Shown one piece after another: positions 8,816-18,487 of a stretch of DNA of 64,000 bases (position 1 is its first letter; every line of letters begins with the position of its first letter). The position numbers and the translations under genes were made by a program. The DNA is taken from positions 5,065 through 69,064 of the forward strand of contig NZ_DASXWY010000180.1 in the NCBI RefSeq assembly GCF_036503415.1. The letters are read 5' to 3'. Under the pieces are notes generated by a model. That model had not been told where the DNA came from and ran no database searches. It worked only from the letters and a program-made list of their open reading frames with translations. Source of the stretch: Trinickia sp. GTDB taxonomy: Bacteria > Pseudomonadota > Gammaproteobacteria > Burkholderiales > Burkholderiaceae.

Positions 8816-10164
8816 AGCGTTTCGTTGCAGGCTGCGGCGCGGCGGTTCTCGCGGCGTTCGCCATTGGGCTGCCGGTTGCGGCGCAAGCTGCGCCAACGCC
8901 GTTCATGCATCGCTTTGCGCTCGAACTGGACGGCAGCGCGCCGTACTACGTGCTTGCCGTGCCACCGGCCGTTTATGCCGCGAGCCGTCGATCCGATCTC
9001 GGAGACGTGCGTGTGCTCAATGGCGCAGGCGAGCCCGTGCCTTATTCGCTCGATGCGCCCGTGGCCCATCAGGCGCCGACGCTGCGTCCGGTCAACTGGT
9101 TTCCGTTGCCGACCGCCGCTGCGAATGCGCCCGCCGCAACGGCCGGCGTGTCCATCGCACAGGATGGGACACTGCGCCTCACGACGGCCGCACCGAACGC
9201 GGGCGCGCGCGATGCGGACCTGCTCGATATCGGTTCTGCCGCGCAGCACGTGGGCGCGCTTGTCATCCATGTGCGGGAGGACAGCTACCAAGGACGCGTG
9301 CATGTCGATGCCAGCGCCGATCTGCAAAGCTGGCGTGCGGTGGCCGATGCCTCGATCCTCGAGGCCAATCACAACGGCGAGCGTCTTGCGCAGGAACGCA
9401 TCGCGCTCGATAACCTCGGGCAGACAGAGCGCTATTTGCGGCTTCGGTGGCTTGGCGGCGGCCCGGAGATTGCATCGGTCGACGTCGAGCTTTATCCCGA
9501 TGAAGCCCGCCCATCCGATGGCGCCCGCCAATGGCGCGAGGGCCTCGTCGCCCGTGCGGGCAAAGCTGCGGGCGAATACCTGTTCGAAACGGGCGGCGCC
9601 TACCCGGTCGACCGCCTCAGAATCGATGTGCCGCAACTGAATACGGTGGCGCAAGCCACCGTCTACTCGCGCCCGAACGGCGATGTGCCGTGGCGCGAGA
9701 TTGCGCACGCGCTGCTTTTTCGCGTCGCGCAACACGGCGAGGCGCGCAATCCGCCTTTGGAATTCGCGCCGGATACGGATGGTCAATGGCGAATCGTCGT
9801 CGACATGCGCAACGGCGGACTGGGCAACGGCATGCCGAGCGCCGCAGTGGGCTGGCAACCGGCACGGCTCACGTTCGTCGCTCGCGGCGCCGGACCGTTC
9901 TCGCTTGGCGTCGGCAATGCGCGCGTTGCCGGGGCCGCCGAGCCGCGCGACGACATCCTCGTGGGGGGCGAGGGCGGGGCGGGTGTCAAGCCGGCACATC
10001 TGGGCGCGCCGCTGCCGGTCGACGAGGATGAAGCGCGGCGAGCCGCCGGCAATGCGGACTCAGGGCGCCGATACGTGCTCTGGGGCGCGTTGCTATTGGC
10101 CGTCGCCGTGCTCGCCGCGATGGCTTGGCGCCTCTTGCGGCCGCAAGATACGGCGCGGTCGTGA
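8812..10164 (+). CDS. DUF3999-family exported protein with C-terminal TM; probable CTG start
   Basis: SRRSDLGDVRVLNGAGEPVPY and WQPARLTFVARGAGPFSLGVG motifs, C-terminal TM. The signal peptide lies upstream of the first in-frame ATG (8905). GGGAGGG at 8797-8803 precedes in-frame CTG at 8812, which overlaps the upstream TGA. Confidence 0.75.
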   Translation: MKRFVAGCGAAVLAAFAIGLPVAAQAAPTPFMHRFALELDGSAPYYVLAVPPAVYAASRRSDLGDVRVLNGAGEPVPYSLDAPVAHQAPTLRPVNWFPLPTAAANAPAATAGVSIAQDGTLRLTTAAPNAGARDADLLDIGSAAQHVGALVIHVREDSYQGRVHVDASADLQSWRAVADASILEANHNGERLAQERIALDNLGQTERYLRLRWLGGGPEIASVDVELYPDEARPSDGARQWREGLVARAGKAAGEYLFETGGAYPVDRLRIDVPQLNTVAQATVYSRPNGDVPWREIAHALLFRVAQHGEARNPPLEFAPDTDGQWRIVVDMRNGGLGNGMPSAAVGWQPARLTFVARGAGPFSLGVGNARVAGAAEPRDDILVGGEGGAGVKPAHLGAPLPVDEDEARRAAGNADSGRRYVLWGALLLAVAVLAAMAWRLLRPQDTARS

Positions 10165-10367
10165 CGCTCGCCCGTGGCGACGATCGGCACGCCTGACGTT
10201 TCGTAGTGCCAACGCGAGAGCTTTCTTTCAGTGTGCTTACGTGCTATAGATGCGCGTGTTCCGGGTCTTGCAAGACTCTCAGCGTGCTTTTCCGCGACGA
10301 CTATTTGACTCGCTCGCCGGTTAGGGCGAAGCTACGCACCAGCATTTCTTCCGCCCATCGGATATTC

Positions 10368-10874
10368 ATGAGTTCATCGCTGACAGTTCGCCGTATTGCT
10401 GCCGACCAGGGCCCAACACTGCGCGAATTGCGCACCGCTGCATTACGCGAAGCGCCCTACGCGTTCGGGCAGACGCTGGAGGAGGCGCTCCACGAACAGA
10501 CGGAAACGTTCGAAGCGATCGCCGCCCGCCATGCCGGATCCGACATCTCCACGTCTTTCATTCTCTACACGGAAGGTTACCCGGCGGGGCTGATCGGCGC
10601 TTACTTCGACGACGGGCACAAGGCGTTCGTCTGCGCGCTATGGGTCGCGCCGGCCGTGCGCCATTTGCGCGGTGGAGAGCTGCTGGTCAATACGGCGAGC
10701 GAATGGCTCGCCGAGCGCGGCGCCGACGAAATCCACGCGTGGGTGACCGACATCAACCGCAACGCGATGCGGTTCTACGAGCGCCTCGGCTTCGGGCCGA
10801 CGGGCGACCACGCACGCATGCCACGTCAACCGGAAGCGTGGGAAACGCTGCTGGTGCGGCACGTCAAGCGCTGA
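10368..10874 (+). CDS. GNAT-family N-acetyltransferase
   Basis: ALWVAPAVRHLRGGELL acetyl-CoA motif A; NRNAMRFYERLGF motif B. Confidence 0.85.
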   Translation: MSSSLTVRRIAADQGPTLRELRTAALREAPYAFGQTLEEALHEQTETFEAIAARHAGSDISTSFILYTEGYPAGLIGAYFDDGHKAFVCALWVAPAVRHLRGGELLVNTASEWLAERGADEIHAWVTDINRNAMRFYERLGFGPTGDHARMPRQPEAWETLLVRHVKR

Positions 10875-11044
10875 GTGCGCCCCATCCTGCCTCCTGCGTC
10901 ATCTCCTTCGGAATCGGCTCTGACGGGTTGCGCACCGTTCGCTGACGGGCCATTCCGGCCACCGCAGCCATTCCTCATATCGGAAAAATCGTCGCCGCAC
11001 GCGCGGACCCCTGTAAAATACGCAAAATTTTTTGCCTCAATGCT

Positions 11045-11782
11045 ATGTCGCTGAATAAATCGCCATTCTTCGAACTACGCAGCGGCTCGGTCGATACGCT
11101 CTTGTTCGTCGTCAAGACGACCGACCTCGGTGCGCTGAAGAGCGAGCTCACGCGGCGCTTCGAGGCGACTCCCGAATTCTTCGCGGGCGATGTCGTCGCC
11201 ATCGATGTACGGCGCCTTGCCGATGACGAGCGCGTGCCGGTCGACGAGCTGACGGCACTGCTGGGCGAAGTCAGAATGCGCGCGCTCGGCGTCGTTGCCG
11301 CGCCACATCAGACCGAGTGGGCCGCTCGCGGCGGGCTGCCTTTGCTCGAAGCGCGCGACAGGCGCGCAGCGCCTCAGAAGGGCGAGCACGCAAGCGCCGC
11401 CGCGCCGCAGCCCGCGGACGTCGTTGCGCCGGTGCCGCAGGTCGCTGCGTCGGCGCTCGTCATCGATAAACCGCTGCGCTCGGGGCAGCAAATCTATGCG
11501 AAGGGCGACCTCATCGTGCTCGGGCTCGTGAGCTACGGCGCGGAAGTGATCGCCGAAGGCAACATCCATATTTACGCGCCGCTACGCGGGCGCGCACTCG
11601 CCGGCGTCCACGGCAATCACGACGCGCGGATTTTCTGCACGTGTCTCGAACCGGAACTGATTTCGATCGCAGGCATCTATCGGACGTCGGAAAACCCGTT
11701 GCCGGCCGAATTATTGGGCAAGTCGGTGCAAATCCGGCTTGCCGACGAACGACTGATCATCGAGCCGCTGCGGCTCACGTGA
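11045..11782 (+). CDS. minC: Septum site-determining protein MinC
   Basis: [45 protein letters not shown] beta-helix; operon with minD and minE. Confidence 0.97.
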   Translation: MSLNKSPFFELRSGSVDTLLFVVKTTDLGALKSELTRRFEATPEFFAGDVVAIDVRRLADDERVPVDELTALLGEVRMRALGVVAAPHQTEWAARGGLPLLEARDRRAAPQKGEHASAAAPQPADVVAPVPQVAASALVIDKPLRSGQQIYAKGDLIVLGLVSYGAEVIAEGNIHIYAPLRGRALAGVHGNHDARIFCTCLEPELISIAGIYRTSENPLPAELLGKSVQIRLADERLIIEPLRLT

Positions 11783-11844
11783 GATGCGCGATACGCATCG
11801 CGCAAGCCTCATCGACTCAATTGACGAACACAGGGTAAGGGGAA

Positions 11845-12657
11845 ATGGCAAAAATCGTTGTGGTGACTTCGGGCAAGGGCGGCGTGGGCAAGACCACGAC
11901 GAGCGCGAGCTTCGCGTCGGGCCTCGCACTGAGGGGCTTCAAGACGGCCGTGATCGACTTCGACGTCGGGCTGCGCAATCTCGACCTCATCATGGGCTGC
12001 GAGCGCCGCGTCGTGTACGACTTCATCAACGTGATCCAGGGCGAGTCGAACCTCAACCAGGCGCTCATCAAGGACAAGAAGTGCGACAACCTCTTCGTCC
12101 TGCCTGCGTCGCAAACGCGCGACAAGGATGCGCTCACGCTCGAAGGTGTGGAGAAGGTCATCAACGATCTGAGCGGCATGGGCTTCGACTACATCGTCTG
12201 CGACTCTCCGGCCGGTATCGAATCGGGTGCGTTGCTCGCCATGCATTTTGCCGATGAGGCGCTGGTCGTGACGAATCCCGAAGTGTCGTCGGTGCGCGAT
12301 TCCGACCGCATTCTCGGCATCCTTTCCTCGAAGACGAAGCGCGCCATCGAGGGCAAGGAGCCGATCAAGGAACATCTGCTCATCACGCGCTACAACCCGA
12401 AGCGTGTGAGCGAAGGAGAAATGCTTTCGCTGTCCGATATCCAGGAGATCCTGCGTATCGAACTGATCGGCGTGGTGCCCGAATCGGAGGCGGTGCTGCA
12501 CGCCTCGAACCAGGGCTTGCCGGCCGTGCATATGGACGGCACCGACGTGGCCGAGTCGTACAAGGATATCGTTGCGCGCTTTCTGGGCGAGGACAAGGCG
12601 TTGCGCTTTACCGATTATCAGAAGCCGGGGCTTTTGCAGCGCCTCTTCGGCAAGTAA
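11845..12657 (+). CDS. minD: Septum site-determining ATPase MinD
   Basis: GKGGVGKTT deviant Walker A; DFDVGLRNLDLIMGCERRVVYD; C-terminal amphipathic GLLQRLFGK. Confidence 0.98.
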   Translation: MAKIVVVTSGKGGVGKTTTSASFASGLALRGFKTAVIDFDVGLRNLDLIMGCERRVVYDFINVIQGESNLNQALIKDKKCDNLFVLPASQTRDKDALTLEGVEKVINDLSGMGFDYIVCDSPAGIESGALLAMHFADEALVVTNPEVSSVRDSDRILGILSSKTKRAIEGKEPIKEHLLITRYNPKRVSEGEMLSLSDIQEILRIELIGVVPESEAVLHASNQGLPAVHMDGTDVAESYKDIVARFLGEDKALRFTDYQKPGLLQRLFGK

Positions 12658-12669
12658 GCGGAGCACGCC

Positions 12670-12924
12670 ATGTCGATACTTTCCTTTTTGCTCGGCGAAA
12701 AGAAGAAGTCCGCGGCGGTCGCGAAAGAGCGACTGCAACTCATCATTGCTCACGAACGCGGCGGTGGGCACGCGCCGGCCGATTATCTGCCGGCGCTGCA
12801 GCGGGAGCTCGTCGCGGTCATTTCGAAGTACGTCAAAATTTCGGACGACGATATCCGCGTGAGCCTCGAACGGCAAGACGATCTCGAAGTCCTCGAAGTC
12901 AAAATCGAAATTCCTCAGACTTGA
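12670..12924 (+). CDS. minE: Cell division topological specificity factor MinE
   Basis: [17 protein letters not shown] signature; [11 protein letters not shown]. Confidence 0.98.
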   Translation: MSILSFLLGEKKKSAAVAKERLQLIIAHERGGGHAPADYLPALQRELVAVISKYVKISDDDIRVSLERQDDLEVLEVKIEIPQT

Positions 12925-13015
12925 ACGAGATGCGGGCGTCTGACGTCCGCATCGCCGTCGCCGCTGCGCAACTTGCGTGGCTTGCTCATCTCCCCGGTTT
13001 TTGCGCGGTTGTCGA

Positions 13016-14413
13016 TCAACTGCTTCGCTCGTCAGCCGGCTTTGCCGGCGGCTCCTCGTCTTCGAAAAGCGGTTCGAGCGTCTTGGGCGATTCGGGCGCG
13101 GCCGCGGGTGGTGCCGCCGGCGTCAGATAACGGTGTGAAAGCGACTCGTAGAGCGGCGGCGCAATGAGCCGCGACACACGGCTGGAGATCAGTGCGGTCG
13201 CCATCAACGAGATCACGAGCGCATGACCGTTGATCATCTCCATCACGATGACGAAAGACGTAATCGGTGACTGCGTCACCGCTGCCAGATAGCCCACCAT
13301 CGCGAGCGCAATCAGCATCGGCAACTGCATGTTCGTGAACACCATGTGCAGCAGGTTGCCGAAGCCGGCACCGATCGATAGCGACGGTGCAAAGATGCCG
13401 CCCGGTATGCCGGGCAAATACGAGCCGACCATCGAGATCAGCTTGAGGAACGGATAAAACGCCGACAATTGTTCGCGTCCGTCGAGCAGGCCGCGCGCCT
13501 CGGCGTAGCCGCTGCCGAATGTCGTGCCGCCCGAGACGATGCCCACGACCGCAACCACGAGTCCGCACAGCGCGCCGAACAGTACCGGCTGCTCGCGATG
13601 CAACCGCTGCAACGCGGCGGGCTGCCAGCGCGAGGTGTGCAGCAGGAGCCACGCAAAAAAACCGCCCGCAAGCCCGGTTACCAGCGCAGTGATGACAACG
13701 GCGAGCGCGAGCAGATCGGGGAAATGCGAGCCGAGCTGGATCGTGCCGAAGTAGGTGTAATTCCCATTCATGCCCAGCGCGATCACGCCGGCCACGATGA
13801 TGGCCGTGATCAGCACGCCGCTCGCGCGTGCTTCGAAGCTGCGCGTCAACTCCTCGATGGCGAACACGATGCCGGCCAGCGGCGTATTGAAGGCCGCGGA
13901 GAGGCCCGCGGCCGCACCGGCGAGCACGAGCTGACGCTCGATGAGGGCATTCGAGCGCGGATAGAAACGGCGCAGGTTGTACATCAGCGTTGCACCAACC
14001 TGCACCGTCGGCCCTTCTCGTCCGATCGTAAAACCGCCGAGGATCGCGAGAAAGGAGACAGCGACTTTGCCGACGAGAATGCGCATGGCGAGCATGCGCG
14101 GCCCGAGCCTGGACGGGCCTTCTTCGAGCGTGGCGATGACCTGCGGGATGCCGCTGCCTTCCGCGCCTCGGAAAAAGCGTCGCGTGGCCCAGACGCACGC
14201 CGCGCCGACGGCTGGCGTGACGATCAGCGGCAGCCATGCGTGGCGATGCTGCATCGCCTGGAAGGTGCTGTAGCCCCAGTCGATCAGCCGCGCGTAGAAA
14301 ACGGCGAGCAATCCGACCGCAATCGCGCCTAGCCAGAAAATCCCATAGCGGCGCCATAGGTGCCGCGTGTAGCGGACGAGACCGGGGGATCGGGCGAGCT
14401 TGGTCCGGAGCAT
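13016..14413 (-). CDS. CLC-family chloride channel / H+/Cl- antiporter
   Basis: GSGIP, GREGP (gating Glu) and GGIFAP selectivity motifs. Start uncertain (14413 or 14431). Confidence 0.92.
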   Translation of the reverse strand: MLRTKLARSPGLVRYTRHLWRRYGIFWLGAIAVGLLAVFYARLIDWGYSTFQAMQHRHAWLPLIVTPAVGAACVWATRRFFRGAEGSGIPQVIATLEEGPSRLGPRMLAMRILVGKVAVSFLAILGGFTIGREGPTVQVGATLMYNLRRFYPRSNALIERQLVLAGAAAGLSAAFNTPLAGIVFAIEELTRSFEARASGVLITAIIVAGVIALGMNGNYTYFGTIQLGSHFPDLLALAVVITALVTGLAGGFFAWLLLHTSRWQPAALQRLHREQPVLFGALCGLVVAVVGIVSGGTTFGSGYAEARGLLDGREQLSAFYPFLKLISMVGSYLPGIPGGIFAPSLSIGAGFGNLLHMVFTNMQLPMLIALAMVGYLAAVTQSPITSFVIVMEMINGHALVISLMATALISSRVSRLIAPPLYESLSHRYLTPAAPPAAAPESPKTLEPLFEDEEPPAKPADERSS

Positions 14414-14756
14414 GGGGGAGTGGGCGGCCAAAGTGGCGATTATAGCGAGCCATCGTCTGTCACGCCTCGCAAGAATCGAGGCGATGTGCTTGCAGGATTG
14501 GGCGCTGCGCTCATTACAAGCCTGTTAAATCTGTGCCCGTTCGTTCACGGCGGCACCCATGCCGCCAGCGTACGCACCGTGTTCCACGCGCGATGCCGAT
14601 GTTCTGTAATACGTCCGCATCGGCTGCTTACAAATTGCAACGCTGCGGCATCGCGTGCTGCTGTCCAATCGACTCATCCGTCGAATTGGCCGCAACGATT
14701 CGACGTTCCGATGTTCGATATGCGCCGCATGCACGCGCTTGAGGGGAGAAGACGAA

Positions 14757-14894
14757 ATGAAACGCTCGATACTGACTTGGGTCGCGGGGGCGCTGCTGGC
14801 CGCGACATTGGCGGGATGTGTCGTGGTACCGGCCGGAGGTTACTATCCCGGCTACTACCATGGCGGCTATCATGGCCGTTATTACGATCGTTGA
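14757..14894 (+). CDS. 45-aa Gly/Tyr-rich lipoprotein
   Basis: GAGGGGAG RBS; MKRSILTWVAGALLAATLAG-C lipobox; mature part VVVPAGGYYPGYYHGGYHGRYYDR. Confidence 0.75.
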   Translation: MKRSILTWVAGALLAATLAGCVVVPAGGYYPGYYHGGYHGRYYDR

Positions 14895-15086
14895 ATCCAC
14901 GCATCGTTGCGCGGCGCACAACCCGCGCAGGCGCGAACCCTGCTTTTCATGAACGGCATCGGCTCGACGAGGAACGGACGAGGGAACAGGTTGTCCATCG
15001 CATTTGTTCGTCAGGAAACGAGGGTCGAGGCGGGGCGCCGATAGCATTGCCCGGTTGCCGCCGTCCGATTCGTTCGAGGGGATCCA

Positions 15087-16232
15087 ATGAGTGGGACTGC
15101 GGGACGTTCGGTCGAAGTGGATTTTTTGCGCGGTGCGGTGTTGATCGTCATCGCGCTCGATCACATCTCGAGGGGGATATTGCAACACGCGATGCTGCAT
15201 AGCTACGCGTATTGCGATGCCGCCGAAGTATTCGTATTTCTAGGCGGTTATGCTTCCGCGGCGGCCTATGGCGCGGTGGCTTCCAGCAACGGCGAAACCG
15301 GCGCCCGCCGACGCTTTTTCAAGCGGGCCGGAGAAATCTATCGGGCTTACTTGCTGACCGCGGCGCTGATGCTGGTCGGCGGTGCGTTGTTGACCCGCGT
15401 GCCCTGCGCGCAAGCGGCGATGGCCGATACGAGCTGGCCCGTCTTCGCGCGCCATCCGTTGCAGACGCTGGCGGACGTTGCGCTCTTTCGTCGTCAGCCT
15501 TATCTATCGGCCGTATTGCCGATGTATGTGCTGTTCGCGCTGGTTGTGCCGCTCATCGTGCCGCTTACGCGCCGCGCTCCGGCGGCCGTGCTGACGTCCA
15601 GTCTCGCCCTCTGGCTCGTCGCGCCATGGCTCGGCGCTTTGCTGCCGGCGGCGGGCGACGGGAGCTGGCCTTTCAATCCGTTTGCCTGGCAACTGATGTT
15701 CATGTTCGGCATCCTCGCACGGATACACCCGGTATCGGCCGAGACGCTGGCCACGGTGACGGGAAAGCGGGTAACGCGGGCCGCCTTCGTCGTGGCCCTG
15801 ACCTTTGCCTTCGTCAAGCTCTGCATCGATGCGCATCCGTCGCCGGGCTTCATGAAACAGAATCTCGCGAGCGTTCGCATCGTCAGCTTCCTCTCGATTG
15901 CCTGGCTGTGCGCACAAGCAGTGCGGCTAGGATGGTTGCGCAAGCTGGCCGATCGCTTGCCGAGCGTGGTGACGATCGGCAAACAAGGCCTCATCTGCTT
16001 CGTGGGCGGCACGGTGGTCTCGATGTCGATCGACGCGGCGTTGGCGCTCGCACGTGTGCAGACGAGCGATATCTGGACGGACTGGCCGACGCGTCTGCTC
16101 GGTGACGCGTCAGCCGTTGTTCTACTCGTGTCGCTCGGACACGCTGCAAGCGCGTTGAAGGCTCGCAAGCGTCCGGTCAGCGCGCCGGCAGCGATGGCAT
16201 GGCTTCCGGCCCGCTCCCGCGAGCGCGAGTAG
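15087..16232 (+). CDS. opgC: OpgC-domain membrane protein (periplasmic glucan succinyl/acyltransferase family)
   Basis: RSVEVDFLRG, DAAEVFVFLGG, VLPMY and WPFNPFAWQLMF signatures. Confidence 0.85.
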   Translation: MSGTAGRSVEVDFLRGAVLIVIALDHISRGILQHAMLHSYAYCDAAEVFVFLGGYASAAAYGAVASSNGETGARRRFFKRAGEIYRAYLLTAALMLVGGALLTRVPCAQAAMADTSWPVFARHPLQTLADVALFRRQPYLSAVLPMYVLFALVVPLIVPLTRRAPAAVLTSSLALWLVAPWLGALLPAAGDGSWPFNPFAWQLMFMFGILARIHPVSAETLATVTGKRVTRAAFVVALTFAFVKLCIDAHPSPGFMKQNLASVRIVSFLSIAWLCAQAVRLGWLRKLADRLPSVVTIGKQGLICFVGGTVVSMSIDAALALARVQTSDIWTDWPTRLLGDASAVVLLVSLGHAASALKARKRPVSAPAAMAWLPARSRERE

Positions 16233-16282
16233 GAGCCGGGCCGGCGGCTCGGCGCGGCCCGCCCCGTGCGTAAAGGAAACGC

Positions 16283-17599
16283 TCAGTTCAGCGCAATACC
16301 GCGTGTCTCGCGCATTGCGAGGACGGCGACGAGGCTGACGGCGGCGGCGATCGAGACATAAGCGCCGACCCACGCGAGGCCGCCGCGGGCCGCGAGCATC
16401 TGCGCGATATACGGCGCGACCGATGCGCCGAGAATCCCGCCGAGGTTGTACGACACCCCTGCGCCGGTGTAACGCACGCTCGTAGGAAAGAGCTCGGGCA
16501 ACAGCGCACCCATCGGCGCAAACGTGATGCCCATCAGAAACAGCTCGATGATGAGAAAGAGCGCGACGAGCGGCGGCGATCCGCTTCCGACGAGCGGTGC
16601 CATCGTAAAGCCCGAGGCGATGGCGGCCGCGATACCGGCTATGAGGACGGGCCGGCGGCCGAATCTGTCGCTGGCCCATGCCGCGAGCGGCGTCGCGAGC
16701 GCCATGAAAACGACGGCGAGGCATAGCAGCCCGAGGAAGCTTTGCCGTGAAAAATGCAGCGTCCCGACGCCATACGAGAGCGTGAAGACGGTGGAGATAT
16801 AAAAGAGCGTATAGCAGACGACCATCGCCAACGCCCCGAGCAGCGTTGGCCCGCCGTGGCGTGCGAACAGCGTGACGAGCGGCACGCGTACGCGTTCGCG
16901 CCGCTCGATTGCCGCGCGAAAGGCCGGGGTCTCGGCGATTTTCAACCGGACGTAAAGCCCGAGCGCGACGAGCACGGCGCTCAGCAGGAACGGCACGCGC
17001 CAGCCCCAGCTGCGAAACTGCTCGTCCGACAACGTGAGCGCCAATCCGAAGAAAAGTCCGTTCGATGCCAGAAAGCCGACGGACGGTCCGAGTTGCGGGA
17101 ACATGCCGAACCAGCCGCGGCGACCTGCCGGCGCGTACTCCGTGGCGAGCAACGCGGCGCCGCCCCATTCGCCGCCTAGACCGATTCCCTGCCCGAGACG
17201 CAGGATGCAGAGCAGCACCGGTGCCAGGCCGCCGATCGAATCGTAGCCGGGCACGAAACCGATCAATGTCGTCGATACGCCCATGACGAGCAGCGACGCA
17301 ACGAGTGTCGATTTGCGGCCGATGCGGTCTCCGAAATGCCCGAACAGCATCGAGCCGACCGGCCGCGCGATGAAAGCGAGGCCGAACGTGACGAACGCCG
17401 AGAGCGCCTGAGCCGTGGGCGAGCTGTGCGGGAAGAATACCGGGCCGATCACGAGCGCGGCCGCGGTGGCGTAGACGTAGAAATCGTAGAACTCGATCGC
17501 AGTACCGATGAAACTCGCGAATACGATGCGCGAGCGGCTCGTCGCGTTGTCTGCGTCGGATGAGGTAGCCATCGCGGGGGATGACGGCGAAGCCGGCAT
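16283..17599 (-). CDS. MFS metabolite:H+ symporter (MHS family)
   Basis: GTAIEFYDFYVY, FGHFGDRIGRK, GLGGEWGGAALLATEYAP motifs; GGAG RBS before 17599. Confidence 0.92.
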   Translation of the reverse strand: MPASPSSPAMATSSDADNATSRSRIVFASFIGTAIEFYDFYVYATAAALVIGPVFFPHSSPTAQALSAFVTFGLAFIARPVGSMLFGHFGDRIGRKSTLVASLLVMGVSTTLIGFVPGYDSIGGLAPVLLCILRLGQGIGLGGEWGGAALLATEYAPAGRRGWFGMFPQLGPSVGFLASNGLFFGLALTLSDEQFRSWGWRVPFLLSAVLVALGLYVRLKIAETPAFRAAIERRERVRVPLVTLFARHGGPTLLGALAMVVCYTLFYISTVFTLSYGVGTLHFSRQSFLGLLCLAVVFMALATPLAAWASDRFGRRPVLIAGIAAAIASGFTMAPLVGSGSPPLVALFLIIELFLMGITFAPMGALLPELFPTSVRYTGAGVSYNLGGILGASVAPYIAQMLAARGGLAWVGAYVSIAAAVSLVAVLAMRETRGIALN

Positions 17600-17816
17600 A
17601 GGAGTCTCCGTGGTCGTGACGCGCGATGCGAGGCCCGCGCGCGAAACCGCGCCGAACGCAGGCGGGGTCCGTTGTTGTGGATCGATCGGGAATCGCTGCG
17701 TTGCTCGACGCATTGGCCGCCAAGCGGTGCGACGCGGCCAGCGGTGCGATGCAATGCGGTCTGGATTATAGCGAGTCCGCCGACCTTGGCGTCGGCGGAT
17801 GCACGGTGCGAGCGTT

Positions 17817-18326
17817 TCAGTCGAACGCCTGGGCCTGCGGCGCGGCAAGTGTGCGCAGTTGGAACTTACCGTCGTCGTTGAAGAGCCAATCCTCGAACAT
17901 TTCGAGTTGACCGAGTGCGTTGAGCAGCTTGGGCGGAGGCGGTGGCAGCGGGGCGGCGCGGCGTAGCGAGGCCAGCGCCGTGGCTTCCGCTTCGTCGTCG
18001 CCGTTGGTGCGATAGACCGACGACGAGACCAGCTTGCCATCGCGATCGACCTTCATCGCAACGACGACGAGCGAGCGCAGCATCGCTTGCGGCGGGCGTT
18101 TTTGCACATAGGAAGGATTGCGCTCGACGATACGCTCGGCGACCAGCTTGCGGTACTGATCGAGCGTCGCACTGTTGACTGCGGCCGGCGGCGGGGCCGT
18201 CAGCGCGGACGGCCGCTGAGGCGGCGTGAATGTGCAGGCGCTCGCGAGAGCCAGCGCGCCCAAAGCTGGAAAGCGCCAATGCCCACGGACGCGCGGCGCG
18301 GGAAGGCGGCGAAAAATGGCGATCAT
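17817..18326 (-). CDS. Lipoprotein with a TonB/TolA C-terminal-like domain
   Basis: Lipobox LASA-C; Pro-rich linker; VVVAMKVDRDGKLVSSSVYRTNG...ALASLRRAAPLPPPP resembles TonB_C/TolA_C. Confidence 0.7.
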   Translation of the reverse strand: MIAIFRRLPAPRVRGHWRFPALGALALASACTFTPPQRPSALTAPPPAAVNSATLDQYRKLVAERIVERNPSYVQKRPPQAMLRSLVVVAMKVDRDGKLVSSSVYRTNGDDEAEATALASLRRAAPLPPPPPKLLNALGQLEMFEDWLFNDDGKFQLRTLAAPQAQAFD

Positions 18327-18487
18327 GGCGAGGTGCGGCTATCGATGGATGCTCGGCTGAGCGGGGGCAACGGGATAAGAAAAGAGTAGGCTACCGGCCG
18401 CCATTGCGCATCCGGGTTCGCGCGATTTTGTGTGCGCATGCGAACGAGCGCGAACTGTGCGGATGTTCGTTTCGAAGCGATCGAATC

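Noticed and set aside
7282-10164. 960-aa ORF as one protein
   Set aside because: The first ~510 codons overlap DUF2339 in another frame and are motif-free; the real gene starts near 8812.
10265-10276. Palindrome GTCTTGCAAGAC upstream of the GNAT gene
   Set aside because: Single 12-bp palindrome with no recognisable regulator; cannot be separated from chance.
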